A DNA stretch of 64,000 nt from an uncultured Acidimicrobiia bacterium (GTDB lineage: Bacteria; Actinomycetota; Acidimicrobiia; Acidimicrobiales; AC-14), in contig CAWIIV010000020.1 of assembly GCA_963836205.1 (NCBI GenBank), forward strand, positions 1 through 64,000. Reading direction: 5' to 3'. The position numbers and the translations under genes are program-made. The notes below the pieces were generated by a model. It was not told the origin of the DNA. It did no database searches and worked only from the letters and a program-made list of their open reading frames with translations. Shown piece by piece: positions 29,918 to 40,128 of this stretch (positions within the stretch are counted from its first letter, which is position 1; each line of letters opens with the position of its first letter).

Positions 29918-30500
29918 CGACCTGGCCCCACAGGGCGGCCACGGCCAACGTCGGCAGCCCCAGCCCCACGCCGGTGAGGATCATGCGGGTGGGCCGCTCG
30001 CCGGGCGTGACGACCTGCGATGTCGGCTCGTGGGCGAGGGACGCACGAGCCCGGACGTACTCCAGCCACCAGGTCGCACCGATGGTCGCGACGGCCAGCT
30101 CGCCCGCGGCCGGGTCGTGGGCGGCGACGGCGAGGGCGACGGGCAGGGCGGCGTCGGACAGGCGATCGAGGGCGGAGTCGAGCAGGAAGCCGACCTTGGT
30201 CGTGCGCCCGGCCTGCACCGCCACCGCCCCGTCGAGGGCGTCGAGCAGCCCGGACACGATGAGGGCCACGCACGCTGCCGCCGGGCCGACCCACCCGTCG
30301 ATCATGGCCAGGGGGACGGTGGCCACCGCCACCATGCAGGCGGCCACCGTCACCGTGTTGGGCGACACGCCCGCCCGGGCCAGGGGCCGGGCGATGGCGG
30401 CCATGGTCCGCAGCCACCCCCCCACGAACCCGGTCGGTGGCTGCGTCAGGTGCAAGGCGGCCCAGTCCCGGAGGTGCTCGTCGCCCGGCTTGCCGTCCAC
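29826..30500 (-). CDS. CDP-alcohol phosphatidyltransferase family protein
   Basis: GVSPNTVT; DALDGAVA...G...DSALDRLSD; YVRARA. Confidence 0.9.
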   Translation of the reverse strand: MDGKPGDEHLRDWAALHLTQPPTGFVGGWLRTMAAIARPLARAGVSPNTVTVAACMVAVATVPLAMIDGWVGPAAACVALIVSGLLDALDGAVAVQAGRTTKVGFLLDSALDRLSDAALPVALAVAAHDPAAGELAVATIGATWWLEYVRARASLAHEPTSQVVTPGERPTRMILTGVGLGLPTLAVAALWGQVVIVGASALFLLWWSVRRLAAVDRDAPRSGS

Positions 30501-30518
30501 CCGGCCATCATTCCGCGT

Positions 30519-31496
30519 GTGAGGCGGCCGAGCCTCGCCACCGCCGCCAGCGGGGTGGGGCTGGCCTGGATGGGGATGGCGGCCCGCCGCTTCCTGGCGC
30601 CCGACCCGGCGGCGCCGGCCGTCGACGTTCGGGTGGTGATTCCGGCCCGGGACGAGGCCGACGTGATCGGGGCGTGCGTGGCCGCCGTCCTCGGCCAGGC
30701 GGTCGAGGTGGTCGTGGTCGACGACGGGTCGACGGACGGGACGGGTGCGCGGGCCGCGGCCGCCGGTGCCCGCGTCGTCCGCCTCGACGACGACCTGCCG
30801 CCCGGGTGGATGGGCAAGCCCCGGGCCTGCCTGGCCGGCACCGCCGGTGCGGCCACCGAGTGGTTGGCGTTCGTCGACGCCGACGTGGTGCTGCACCCGT
30901 CGGCCCTGGCCACGATGGCCGCCGCCACCCGGGCCACGTCCACGAGCATCGTGGGGGGGTTGGACTGCCGGTCGTTCTGGGAGCGGCTCCTGCTGCCCGA
31001 GCTGGGCCTGGCCCTGGCCCAGGCCGGCTTCCCCGACGACTTCACCAGCGGCCAGTGCCTGTTGGTACGGCGGGACGCCTACGAGGCGGTGGGCGGCCAC
31101 GGCCACGCCCGGGTGCGGGGGTCGGTCGTCGACGACTGCGACCTGGGCCGAGCCCTCGGCGGCCACGACGCCCGCCTGGCCCCCAGGCTCATGCGGGCCC
31201 GGATGTACCCCGACCTGGCCGGCATCCGGGCCGGGCTGGTGAAGAACCAGGCCGCCCTCCACCCCCGGGCGCTCCCCCACCTGGCCGGGCTGCTGGTGCC
31301 GGTGGCGACCCACCGGCCGTGGGCGGCGGTGGTCGTGAGCGCCGGCGGCCGGGCGGTGGCGGGGCAGAACCCCCTCTACGGGCTGCTGTCCCCCCTGGCC
31401 CGGGTGATGCTGGCCGGGTTCCACGTCGAGAGCCGGTGGCGGGCGGCGACGGGGCGGCCGGTGCGGTGGAAAGGCCGTCCCGCGCGCTGCCGCTGA
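30519..31496 (+). CDS. GT2 glycosyltransferase (carotenoid/hopanoid glycosyltransferase-like)
   Basis: IPARDE, VDDGSTDGT, LPPGWMGK, FVDAD, RMY, VRWKGR. Confidence 0.88.
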   Translation: MRRPSLATAASGVGLAWMGMAARRFLAPDPAAPAVDVRVVIPARDEADVIGACVAAVLGQAVEVVVVDDGSTDGTGARAAAAGARVVRLDDDLPPGWMGKPRACLAGTAGAATEWLAFVDADVVLHPSALATMAAATRATSTSIVGGLDCRSFWERLLLPELGLALAQAGFPDDFTSGQCLLVRRDAYEAVGGHGHARVRGSVVDDCDLGRALGGHDARLAPRLMRARMYPDLAGIRAGLVKNQAALHPRALPHLAGLLVPVATHRPWAAVVVSAGGRAVAGQNPLYGLLSPLARVMLAGFHVESRWRAATGRPVRWKGRPARCR

Positions 31497-31520
31497 CACC
31501 ACCCGTCCCCAGGGTCACCC

Positions 31521-32796
31521 CTAGAAGCCGCCCCGGCCGCGCCAGGTCCCGAGGACGATGTGGGCGCCGACCGCCACCAGGAGGAGGGCGAAGCCGATCT
31601 GGATGGCGAGGTCCGGCCCCGTCTCCGCCAGCGGCCCCGACAGCACCGGCGGCGGCCGCCGCGTCGTCGGCGGGCCGACAACCGGCGGTATCGTCGTGGT
31701 CGTCCCCCCGGTCGGGAGCGTGGTCGAGGTGGTCGAGGTGGTTGTCGACGAGGTGGTGGTCGTCACCGGACCCTCGGCGACGTCGACCTCCTCGAGGTGG
31801 TCCTCGCAGGCGGGGTTGGTCGCGTAGTTGTTGTCGTCGCCGCTGTAGAAGGCGTACCAGCGGTAGAGGCCGGGCTGCGTCGGGATGTAGGGGTCGGAGA
31901 CGTAGTCGCCGTTGCCGTCCACCGGCTTGTTCGACACGAAGTCGGGCACGACCACCGGCTGCCGGGGCGAGACCCTGACCGGTGGGCCCTCGGACGCCAC
32001 GCCCGGGCAGTCGGGGACGTCGGGGCCGTACATCAGGAAGGTCATGAGCCCGGTCGGGTTCTGGCCCTCGGTCAGGGTGGCGGTGTCGAAGATGGGCGAC
32101 CCGACCATGACCGGGCCCGACGCGAGGGTCGAGACGCTGGGCTGGCGCAGGCCGACGGTGGTGATCGACGTGCCCTCGTCGTCGCCGAACAGCGTCTGGG
32201 ACGAGGAGGTGACGGCCGAGCCGGCGGTGGTGGCGAACTGGCGCGTCTGCAGGTCGGCCTCGGGGTCGGCGTCGGTCGTGGGCGCCTTGAGCACGTCGAA
32301 CGTGAAGTCGATGAAGCACTCGGCGTTGGTCCCGGACGGTTGGAGCACGACCGGCAAAGCGGGAACGAACAGGGAGCGCCCGTTGGCGTCCGGCGCGGAG
32401 ATGGTGAACGCCCTCCCCGAGCACGAGCCTCCGCTACCCGTGGCGGTGGGCGAGAGCTGGAGCACGCCGAGGTCGGGGTCGTCGCAGGAGACCGTGACGT
32501 CGCCGCAGGCAGGGTTGAGGGTGATCTGGCTGAGGGTCACGGAGCCGACCCCGGAGGAGCTGTTGGCGATCTGGAGCTGGGCCGCGACGGCCGTCTGCCC
32601 GACCGACACCGTGGTCGGGAAGGAGGGCATGACGACCATCCCAACCCCCGCCACCTGGGCCGATGCCGACGCGCACCAGCGGCGAGGGGACCGGCAGGAG
32701 CGGCGCCAGGATGCCCAGGAGCATCCCGACGAGCACCCGCGCCGCGGCCGTGCCACCTCGGGATGGAATACGAGTGACGGACGTGCCACCAGTCAT
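31521..32796 (-). CDS. Secreted sortase-anchored surface protein (LAETG, class E sortase motif); frameshift near 32670
   Basis: Signal peptide in one frame, Ig-like beta domains, Thr-rich stalk, LAETG + TM helix + RGR tail. Confidence 0.8.
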
Positions 32797-32985
32797 GGGG
32801 GTCTCTCTCGGCATCGATGGGCGTTTGGCCCGGCCGGATGCCCCTAGCTGCCCCGAAGGCAGCAAACCGCCGGCGACGACGTACTTCTAAGTCGGAAGGT
32901 ACACCGGTGCCTCTGCGGCCGACAGGGGCCGAACGGCCCATTTTCGACGCCCGGCTGGTTCGCCCGAACGCGCCGGCGACGTCGA

Positions 32986-33195
32986 TCAGGAAGGGGACGG
33001 GTCCCCCGCCGATGCCGAGGGTTCGGGGTCGCGCCCGCGGTCGCGGGTCGGCCCCCGGCCGGCCTTCCGCACCGCCTCGGCCAGGAGAAACTCGATCTGG
33101 GCGTTCACCGAGCGCAAATCGTCGGCCGCCCACCGCTCGAGCGCGGCGTAGAGGCCAGGGTCGATGCGGAGGGGGTAGGCCTTGCGGGACGCCAC
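32986..33195 (-). CDS. Arc/ribbon-helix-helix DNA-binding protein
   Basis: [10 protein letters not shown]...[17 protein letters not shown]; typical partner of SPFH genes. Confidence 0.85.
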   Translation of the reverse strand: MASRKAYPLRIDPGLYAALERWAADDLRSVNAQIEFLLAEAVRKAGRGPTRDRGRDPEPSASAGDPSPS

Positions 33196-33199
33196 CGGG

Positions 33200-34066
33200 C
33201 TAGGTGTAGAGGGTGCCGCTGTTCACCACCGGCTGGGCGCCCCTGTCGCTGACCAGGACGACCATGAGGTTGGACACCATGGCCGCCTTGCGCTCCTCGT
33301 CGAGCTCGACGATTCCCTGCTCGCTCAGCTGCTCGAGCGCCATCTTCACCATCCCCACCGCCCCTTCCACGATCCGGTGGCGGGCGGCCACGACCGCGTT
33401 GGCCTGCTGGCGGCGGAGCATCTCCCCCGCGATCTCGGGGGCGTAGGCCAGGTGGCGCAGGCGGGTGTCGAGCACCGCCACCCCGGCGTCGGCCAGGCGG
33501 CCCTGGAGCTCGCTCTGGAGCGTGTCCATGACCTCCTCGGCGTTGCCCTGGAGCGAGTGCGCCCCCTCCTCGTAGGCGTCGTAGGGGTACTGGCTGGCCA
33601 CGTGGCGCACCGAGCTCTCCGCCTGCACCCGCACGAAGTCGACGTAGCCCTCCACGTCGAACAGGGCCCGGGCGGTGTCGACCACCTGCCACGTGATGAC
33701 CGCCGCGATCTCGACCGGGTTGCCGGCGGCGTCGTTGACCTTGAGGACGTCGCTCTCGAAGTTGCGGATCTTGAGCGACACCCGCGAGCGGATGGTGAAG
33801 GGGTTGATCCACCAGAACCCGTCCTTGCGGACGGAACCGATGTAACGGCCGAAGAAGACCAGCACCCGCGCCTGGTTGGGCGGCACCACGATGAGCCCCC
33901 CGGCGATGATGCACGCCGCCACCACCACGAACATGAACAGGACGACCGCGCCGGGATTGCCGGCGGTGGCCACCACCAGCGCCAACGAGATCACCACCGC
34001 GGCCAGCAGCCCGATGACCACGGCGGCGCCCCGGTAGTGCCGGGCTGGACGTTCGGGCGTCGCCAT
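33200..34066 (-). CDS. SPFH/band 7 membrane protein
   Basis: Two TMs, [29 protein letters not shown]. Confidence 0.92.
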   Translation of the reverse strand: MATPERPARHYRGAAVVIGLLAAVVISLALVVATAGNPGAVVLFMFVVVAACIIAGGLIVVPPNQARVLVFFGRYIGSVRKDGFWWINPFTIRSRVSLKIRNFESDVLKVNDAAGNPVEIAAVITWQVVDTARALFDVEGYVDFVRVQAESSVRHVASQYPYDAYEEGAHSLQGNAEEVMDTLQSELQGRLADAGVAVLDTRLRHLAYAPEIAGEMLRRQQANAVVAARHRIVEGAVGMVKMALEQLSEQGIVELDEERKAAMVSNLMVVLVSDRGAQPVVNSGTLYT

Positions 34067-34170
34067 GGCACGACCTCCTCGATCAACATCCCAATGTGAT
34101 ATCAGGAACATATCACGGCGGATGGATCGGGAAGCGGCGGCCCGGGGCCCGGCCCGGCCGGGTGGGGGCG

Positions 34171-34929
34171 TCAGCGGTCGGGGGCGGTGGACAGCAGGGC
34201 GTACTCCGACACGTCGATGTACGACAGGTCGCCGATGAACGGGGAGCCGACCCGCAGGCCGATGTTGCGGGTCTCCCGCAGCACCAGGCCGGTCTCGACG
34301 TCGAACCAGTCCTCCACCACCGCCGCCCCCTTGGTGGCGCCCTCGAAGACGGTGGTCCACCGGGTGTGGCGGGCGGGGATCGACCGGCCGTCGACCTCGA
34401 TGTCCTCGTTCCCCAGGTACTCGGTGGTCTGCCGGGCCCGGGTGTCCTCGTCGTGGCACTCCCAGGCCGCCGGCTCCCCCACTTTCACGCCGGCGCCGTC
34501 GAACGACCCCCCGGAGCAGATGAAGTCCTGGGTGCCGTGCGTCCACCAGAAGGCGATGTCGGTGCCGTAGCCCACCAGCTGCTCCCCGCAGCGGTCGTAG
34601 TACTCGATGTGCTGCACCAGGAACAGCTGCTCCTCCCGGATGCCGCAGCCCTGGCGGGTGACGATCCGGTGGGTGACGGGCGTGTACGGCCGGTCGTAGT
34701 CGAGGAACGACACCCGCTCCCCACCCTTGGTGCGGTAGCGGTAGACGCCGGGCTGGGGCAGGCCCGGCGCGGGCTCGGCCGCCTCCGGCCCCGCGGCCCG
34801 GAAGCGGGCCACCGCCTCGTCGCCGTCGACGCCGTGGCGCCAGTACGTCCCCCCGATGAGGAAGGCGGGGAGGCCCACGACCACCAGGGCGGCGAGGGCG
34901 AAGAGCCGGTGGCGCACGTACGGCCTCAT
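34171..34929 (-). CDS. Membrane-anchored exported beta-rich protein, homologous to lipoprotein 26326-27225
   Basis: N-terminal TM; [10 protein letters not shown]; overlaps crtB stop (ATGA). Confidence 0.8.
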   Translation of the reverse strand: MRPYVRHRLFALAALVVVGLPAFLIGGTYWRHGVDGDEAVARFRAAGPEAAEPAPGLPQPGVYRYRTKGGERVSFLDYDRPYTPVTHRIVTRQGCGIREEQLFLVQHIEYYDRCGEQLVGYGTDIAFWWTHGTQDFICSGGSFDGAGVKVGEPAAWECHDEDTRARQTTEYLGNEDIEVDGRSIPARHTRWTTVFEGATKGAAVVEDWFDVETGLVLRETRNIGLRVGSPFIGDLSYIDVSEYALLSTAPDR

Positions 34930-35801
34930 CGGGGCCGGCCGATCCGGGGCCGGGACAGGCGGAAGGCGACCGCCAGCTTCCTCCACGTGGGAACCCGCAC
35001 CCGGGACGAGAACACGTCGTAGCCGGCGGCCTCGATCTGGTCGAGGATGCCCGAGTAGAGGGCGCGGGCGCCCCGGATGCAACGGGCCGACGTCGGCGGC
35101 AGCATCGGGATCCCGATGTCGGCCGACTCGTACAGGCGCCGGTTGCGGGCGATCTCGAACGCCATCAGGTCGCGCCACGCCGGCGTCACCCGGCGGGCCC
35201 ACGGGTCGGCGTCGAACTTCCGGATGTCCTCCTGGGGGATGTAGACCCGGCCCCGGTCGAGGTCCTCGTTGACGTCGCGCAGGAAGTTCGAGAGCTGGAA
35301 GGCGTTGCCCAGGTCGCGGGCGTGCTCGAACGCCTCCGCCTCCAGCGGTTCGAGGATGGGCACCATCATCTCGCCGATCACCGCCGCCGACCCGTCCATG
35401 TAGCCGAGCAGGTCCTCCCAGGTCTCGTACGACTCGACGGTGAAGTCCATCGTCATCGAGCGCATGAACCGGCGGAAGCAGCCGGGGTCGATGTCGAACG
35501 CCTTGACCGTGTGCACCACCGCCTTGAGCACGGGGTCGTCGGACCGGCCCCGCTCGAGATCGGCGAAGAAGCGGTCGCCGAAGTCGGCCATCGCCTGCCG
35601 GCGGACCTCGGGCGGGGCGGTGGAGCCGAGGTCGTCGACGATGTCGTCGGCGTACCGGCAGAACCCGTACAGGGCGTGCACGTGGTGGCGCTTGACCCGT
35701 GGCAGCAGGAACGTCGACCAGTAGTAGGTGGTGCCGTAGCGCTTGTTGAGCCGGCGGCAGCGCTCGTAGGAGTCCTCCAGGGTGAGGACGGGCCCGGTCA
35801 C
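34926..35801 (-). CDS. crtB: Phytoene synthase
   Basis: [26 protein letters not shown]. Confidence 0.95.
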   Translation of the reverse strand: MTGPVLTLEDSYERCRRLNKRYGTTYYWSTFLLPRVKRHHVHALYGFCRYADDIVDDLGSTAPPEVRRQAMADFGDRFFADLERGRSDDPVLKAVVHTVKAFDIDPGCFRRFMRSMTMDFTVESYETWEDLLGYMDGSAAVIGEMMVPILEPLEAEAFEHARDLGNAFQLSNFLRDVNEDLDRGRVYIPQEDIRKFDADPWARRVTPAWRDLMAFEIARNRRLYESADIGIPMLPPTSARCIRGARALYSGILDQIEAAGYDVFSSRVRVPTWRKLAVAFRLSRPRIGRPR

Positions 35802-37279
35802 CGCTTCATCCTCTCCACCCGGTCGGCAGCCAACCGTCCCGAGAGGAGCACCATGGGCACGCCGACGCCGGGAACCGTCCCCGAGCCGACGAAGACCACG
35901 CCCGGCGCCCGGTCGGTGACGTTGCCGGGGCGGAAGGGCCCGGTCTGGAAGAAGTCGTGGGACAGGGCGAAGGGCGTCCCCCGGGCCATCCCCATCCGCA
36001 GCCACCCGGGGGGGTCGACGAAGCGCTCGACCTCGACGTCATCGACGGGGTACCCGAGGCTGGCCACCTTGGCCGTCAGCCGGTCGCGCAGGCGGGCGCC
36101 GTCGCGGGCCCAGTCGACCTTGCCGTCGAGGTTGGGCATGGGTTCGAGGACGTAGAGCGAGGTGCGGCCGGGCGGGGCGAGGGACGGGTCGGTGACGGTG
36201 GGGCTGGTGACGAGGATCGACGGGTCGTCCATGGGGACTCCCCGGCCCAGGAGGTTCTCGAACGCACCTTCCCACGCCGGCCCGAAGTGGATGTTGTGGT
36301 GGGCGGCACCCTCGGGCAGCCCGCCCTGCACGCCCGCCAGCCACACCGAGCACGACGGGGAGTAGGTGCCCTTGCGGGCCGAGCGGGGCGGGGCCACGTC
36401 GGGCAGCAGCTCGGCGTAGGCCACCGGCAGGTCGGGGTTGAGGACGACGGCGTCGGCGTGGATCACCTCGCCGCCGGCCAGGCGCACGCCGGTGACCCGG
36501 CTGCCGGGCGTGGGGAAACCGGGCCGCAGCAGGCCCTCGACGGTGGTGCCGTAGCGGAAGCCGGCCCCCGCCTTCTCCGCCGCGGTGGCCAGGCCCCGGG
36601 AGATGGCGTGCATGCCGCCCAGGGGGAAGTACACGCCCTCCACCGTGTCCATGTAGGTGATGACGCAGTACAGGGCCAGCGCCTCGAACGGGGACAGCCC
36701 CGCGTACATGGCCTGGAAGCTGAAGATCTGCTGGAGCCGGGGGTCGGAGAAGTACGACTCGACCACCGCGTTGAGCTTGCGGAAGCCGCCCATCCGGACC
36801 AGGCGGATGATCGGGCCGAGGGGCCAGGCCAGGTCGAGGGGCGAGTCGAAGTTGCGGTCGATGAAGTTGGGCAGCTCGAGCTTGTACAGGCGGGCGAGCC
36901 AGTCACAGAAGCGCCCGAACGCCTCCGCCTCGGCCGCCCCGGCCAGGTCGCGGATCTCGGCCTGCATGCGGCCACGGTCGTGCCACACCCGCAGTTGGCT
37001 GCCGTCGGCGAAGCAGGCCCGGTACATGGGGTCGACGGGGACGAGGGTGAGGTGGTCGGCCATGTCCTCGCCCGCGGCGGCGAACACGCCGGCCAGGATC
37101 CCCGTCATGGTGAGGACGCTGGGCCCGGTGTCGAACCGGTAGCCGCCGGCCTCGAACAGCCCCGCCCGTCCCCCGGGGACGTCGGCCTTCTCCACCACCT
37201 CCACGTGGTGGCCCCGACCGGCCAGATGACACGCGGCCGACAGCCCGCCCAGACCCGCTCCGACAACGACCACGTGCAT
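35798..37279 (-). CDS. crtI: Phytoene desaturase
   Basis: VVGAGLGGL, FDTGPSV, GSGTVPGVGVPMVLLSG. Confidence 0.95.
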   Translation of the reverse strand: MHVVVVGAGLGGLSAACHLAGRGHHVEVVEKADVPGGRAGLFEAGGYRFDTGPSVLTMTGILAGVFAAAGEDMADHLTLVPVDPMYRACFADGSQLRVWHDRGRMQAEIRDLAGAAEAEAFGRFCDWLARLYKLELPNFIDRNFDSPLDLAWPLGPIIRLVRMGGFRKLNAVVESYFSDPRLQQIFSFQAMYAGLSPFEALALYCVITYMDTVEGVYFPLGGMHAISRGLATAAEKAGAGFRYGTTVEGLLRPGFPTPGSRVTGVRLAGGEVIHADAVVLNPDLPVAYAELLPDVAPPRSARKGTYSPSCSVWLAGVQGGLPEGAAHHNIHFGPAWEGAFENLLGRGVPMDDPSILVTSPTVTDPSLAPPGRTSLYVLEPMPNLDGKVDWARDGARLRDRLTAKVASLGYPVDDVEVERFVDPPGWLRMGMARGTPFALSHDFFQTGPFRPGNVTDRAPGVVFVGSGTVPGVGVPMVLLSGRLAADRVERMKR

Positions 37280-37290
37280 CGGGCTCGAAC

Positions 37291-38028
37291 CTACTGGGCG
37301 ACCCGGACGATGTAGGTGCGGACGGCAGCCGTCCGGCCGTCGATCATCGACGCGTAGGTGCAGGTGAGGGTGGCCGCACCCGCGCCGCGGGCGACCACGC
37401 GCACCCGCTGGCACGGCATCTCGCCCCCCTCGAACTGGTTCTCGACGATGGTCAGCAGGTCGCCCACCACGTCGAGTCGCCACTCGTAACCCGGTACCGG
37501 CGTGGCCGCGACCCGGATCTCGAGCTCCTCGCCGGCGACGGCGGTGACGAACTTCATCGACTGCTCGATACCGGCCGACGGGGCCACCGTGATCGGGGAT
37601 GTCGCCGGCGGCGCGTCGCTCGCGCCCGCGGGGCGCTCCTCCAGGGACGGATCCCATGCGTCTGGCGGCGGCCGGGCTTCCTCCGAGACCAGGATCCAAC
37701 CGTCCTCCTCGACCACGTCGTGGACGGGCAGGTACTTCGGCTTGAGCTTCCACAGGTTCTCGGGCCTGGCGTCCCGGGTGGGAAAGACGTTGGCCCCGGT
37801 GGTGGCGTCGTACTGGTAGCCGTGGCGGGGGCAGCGCATGACCCGCTCGTGGAGGGTGGCGTCGTCGAGCGGGGTCACCTGGTGGGGGCACGAGGGGGCG
37901 AACGCCACCAGCCGGCCGTCGGTCAGGCGGGCCACCATCACGTGGCCGTCGCCCATCCGCACGCGCCGGATCTGGGTGCCGGCCCCCTCGCCGGCGGGCA
38001 GCTCGTCGCTCCTCAGGGCCTTGAACAC
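37291..38028 (-). CDS. Rieske [2Fe-2S] ferredoxin domain fused to a chagasin/I42-like Ig domain
   Basis: CPHQ...CPRHG; C-terminal GEELEIRV..TPVPGYEW...GAGAATLTCTY. Confidence 0.75.
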   Translation of the reverse strand: MFKALRSDELPAGEGAGTQIRRVRMGDGHVMVARLTDGRLVAFAPSCPHQVTPLDDATLHERVMRCPRHGYQYDATTGANVFPTRDARPENLWKLKPKYLPVHDVVEEDGWILVSEEARPPPDAWDPSLEERPAGASDAPPATSPITVAPSAGIEQSMKFVTAVAGEELEIRVAATPVPGYEWRLDVVGDLLTIVENQFEGGEMPCQRVRVVARGAGAATLTCTYASMIDGRTAAVRTYIVRVAQ

Positions 38029-38146
38029 GGTCAGCCCCCTGTCCAGCCGGTGAAGGATTCGGGCGGAGCGATGCGAGCTGGTGACGGAGTCGGTCGCCAG
38101 GCGACGGAAAGTGCCACCGGTTGGGACTGGGCCTTGGCCTGGGCGC

Positions 38147-39214
38147 TCAGCGGTCGCGGCCGGCGACGTAGTAGGCCAGCTCGGCCAGGGCGGCGGCGGC
38201 CTCGTCCGACAGGGGCGCCTGGTCGAGGGCGATGACGGCCGTCTCCACCAGGGCGTCGATGCGGATCTCCAGCTGCTTGACCGCGCCGGTGTCGACCAGG
38301 ATCTCCTGGAGGGCGACGATGTCGTCGTCGGTGAGATCGTCGGCCCCGTAGCGGTCGAGGGCCGTCCGCGACCCCCCGACGGCCTCCGCGGCCAGCGCGT
38401 AGAGGACGGTGGGCTTGCCCTCGCGCAGGTCCTCCCCCACCGGCTTGCCGGTGACGGTGTCGTCGCCGAACACGCCCAGGAGGTCGTCGCGGAGCTGGAA
38501 GGCCTCGCCCAGGGGTAGCCCGAAGGCACTCAGGGGGCCACCCAGCTCGGGCAGGCGTCCGGCGAGGGCGGCGCCCAGGTGCAGGGGGCGCTCGATGGTG
38601 TACTTGCCCGACTTGAACCGGCAGATGCGGCGGGCGGCATCCTCCGCCACCCGGCCCCGGGCGGTGCCGACCAGATCGAGGTACTGGCCCACGTTGACCT
38701 CGATGCGCAGCTCGGTGAACACCTCGAGGGCCGCCTTGGGGGCGCCGGCCAGCAGCTGGTCGGCATAGACGAAGGCCAGGTCGCCGACCAGGATGGCGAC
38801 GCCCTCGCCGAAGCGGCGGCCCTCGCCCCGCCACCCTTCGAGGGCGTGGCGGGCCTCGAACTGGACGTGGATGGTGTCCATCGCCCGCCTGGTGGACGAG
38901 CCGTCCATGATGTCGTCGTGGATGAGGGCGAACGTGTGGAGCAGCTCCAGCGCCGCACCCGCGTCGACCACCTTCAGGTCGGTGGGGTCGCCCCCGGCCC
39001 CCACGAAGGCCCAGTGGCAGAACGCGGGCCGAAGGCGCTTGCCGCCCGCCAGCACCAGCTCCCGGAGGGCCTCGAAGGGCTCGATCAGCTCGGCGTCGAC
39101 CGCCGCCCATCGGGCCAGCTCCTCGTCGAGCACGGCCCGGACGCGGTCTTCGACCCGGGCCGCGATCACGCTCAGGCTGGGCGGGGCGGCCGCCGAGCGG
39201 GGGACGACCTGCAT
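38147..39214 (-). CDS. crtE: Geranylgeranyl diphosphate synthase
   Basis: GGKRLRP, IHDDIMD..RR, FQLRDDLL, GEDLREGK. Confidence 0.93.
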   Translation of the reverse strand: MQVVPRSAAAPPSLSVIAARVEDRVRAVLDEELARWAAVDAELIEPFEALRELVLAGGKRLRPAFCHWAFVGAGGDPTDLKVVDAGAALELLHTFALIHDDIMDGSSTRRAMDTIHVQFEARHALEGWRGEGRRFGEGVAILVGDLAFVYADQLLAGAPKAALEVFTELRIEVNVGQYLDLVGTARGRVAEDAARRICRFKSGKYTIERPLHLGAALAGRLPELGGPLSAFGLPLGEAFQLRDDLLGVFGDDTVTGKPVGEDLREGKPTVLYALAAEAVGGSRTALDRYGADDLTDDDIVALQEILVDTGAVKQLEIRIDALVETAVIALDQAPLSDEAAAALAELAYYVAGRDR

Positions 39215-40128
39215 CAACCCGTCCCCACGGCCGACTCGAGCGGCGGAGGCGGTGACGGAGGCGGTGGTGGTGCCGAGCCCGCCCGGCGGGCGGACGCCCG
39301 CTCGACCCGGGCCGCGATGGCGAAGCCGATGACGGCACCCACCCCCAGCACGACCACTCCCCCGACGGCGTCGAGGACGAAGTGGTTGGCGGTGACCACT
39401 ATGGCGAACAGCGTGAAGACGGGGTAGATCACCATGGCCGCCTTGGCCCAGGTCGATTTGAGCGCCGGCACCAGCACCAGCGTGCACCACATCGCCCATG
39501 CGAAGTGGAGGCTGGGCATGGCCGCGTACTGGTTGGAGATCTTGCTCATGGCCCCGGAGTCGAACGACCACAGGCTGCCGTAGACCCGCAGGGTGTCGAC
39601 GTACCCGTGCGCCGCCGGCAGCAGACGGGGGGGCATGAGCGGGTAGGTGGCGAAGCCGATCAGGGCCAGGGCGGTGGTGGCGGCGAGGGTGTTGCGCCAC
39701 CGGCGGTAGCGGGCGGGGAAGCGGCGGAACAGCCAGACCAGGGCGAAGATGGTGACGAAGAAGTGGAACGTGCCGTAGAACAGGTTCCAGAACTCGATGA
39801 AGCCGTCCCAGGCCAGGAAGCGCTGCTGGACGGCCTCCTCGTGGTACATGCCCAGCAGCTTCTCCCAGCGGATCACCCGCAGGGCGTTGCGCAGGGCCCG
39901 GGCCTCGGACACCACGGCCGAGCCCTGGGTGTTCCGCACCACGCTGTAGACGGCGTAGAAGGCCAGGATGAGGCCCAATTCCTTCCACCAGCGGAGGCCC
40001 CGCCGGGCGGCCCGGTCGTCGGAGGCCCGTTCGACGTCCGCGGGCGCCGGGGTGGGGGGTACCGGATCGGCGGGCGCCGGGTCGCCGGGTGCCGCGTCGT
40101 CGGTGTCGGGGTCGAGCCCGGCGGTCAC
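39214..40128 (-). CDS. PAP2-family membrane protein (inositol-phosphorylceramide synthase/Aur1-like)
   Basis: YPLMPPR, NQYAAMPSLH, TANHFVLDA. Confidence 0.88.
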   Translation of the reverse strand: MTAGLDPDTDDAAPGDPAPADPVPPTPAPADVERASDDRAARRGLRWWKELGLILAFYAVYSVVRNTQGSAVVSEARALRNALRVIRWEKLLGMYHEEAVQQRFLAWDGFIEFWNLFYGTFHFFVTIFALVWLFRRFPARYRRWRNTLAATTALALIGFATYPLMPPRLLPAAHGYVDTLRVYGSLWSFDSGAMSKISNQYAAMPSLHFAWAMWCTLVLVPALKSTWAKAAMVIYPVFTLFAIVVTANHFVLDAVGGVVVLGVGAVIGFAIAARVERASARRAGSAPPPPPSPPPPLESAVGTG

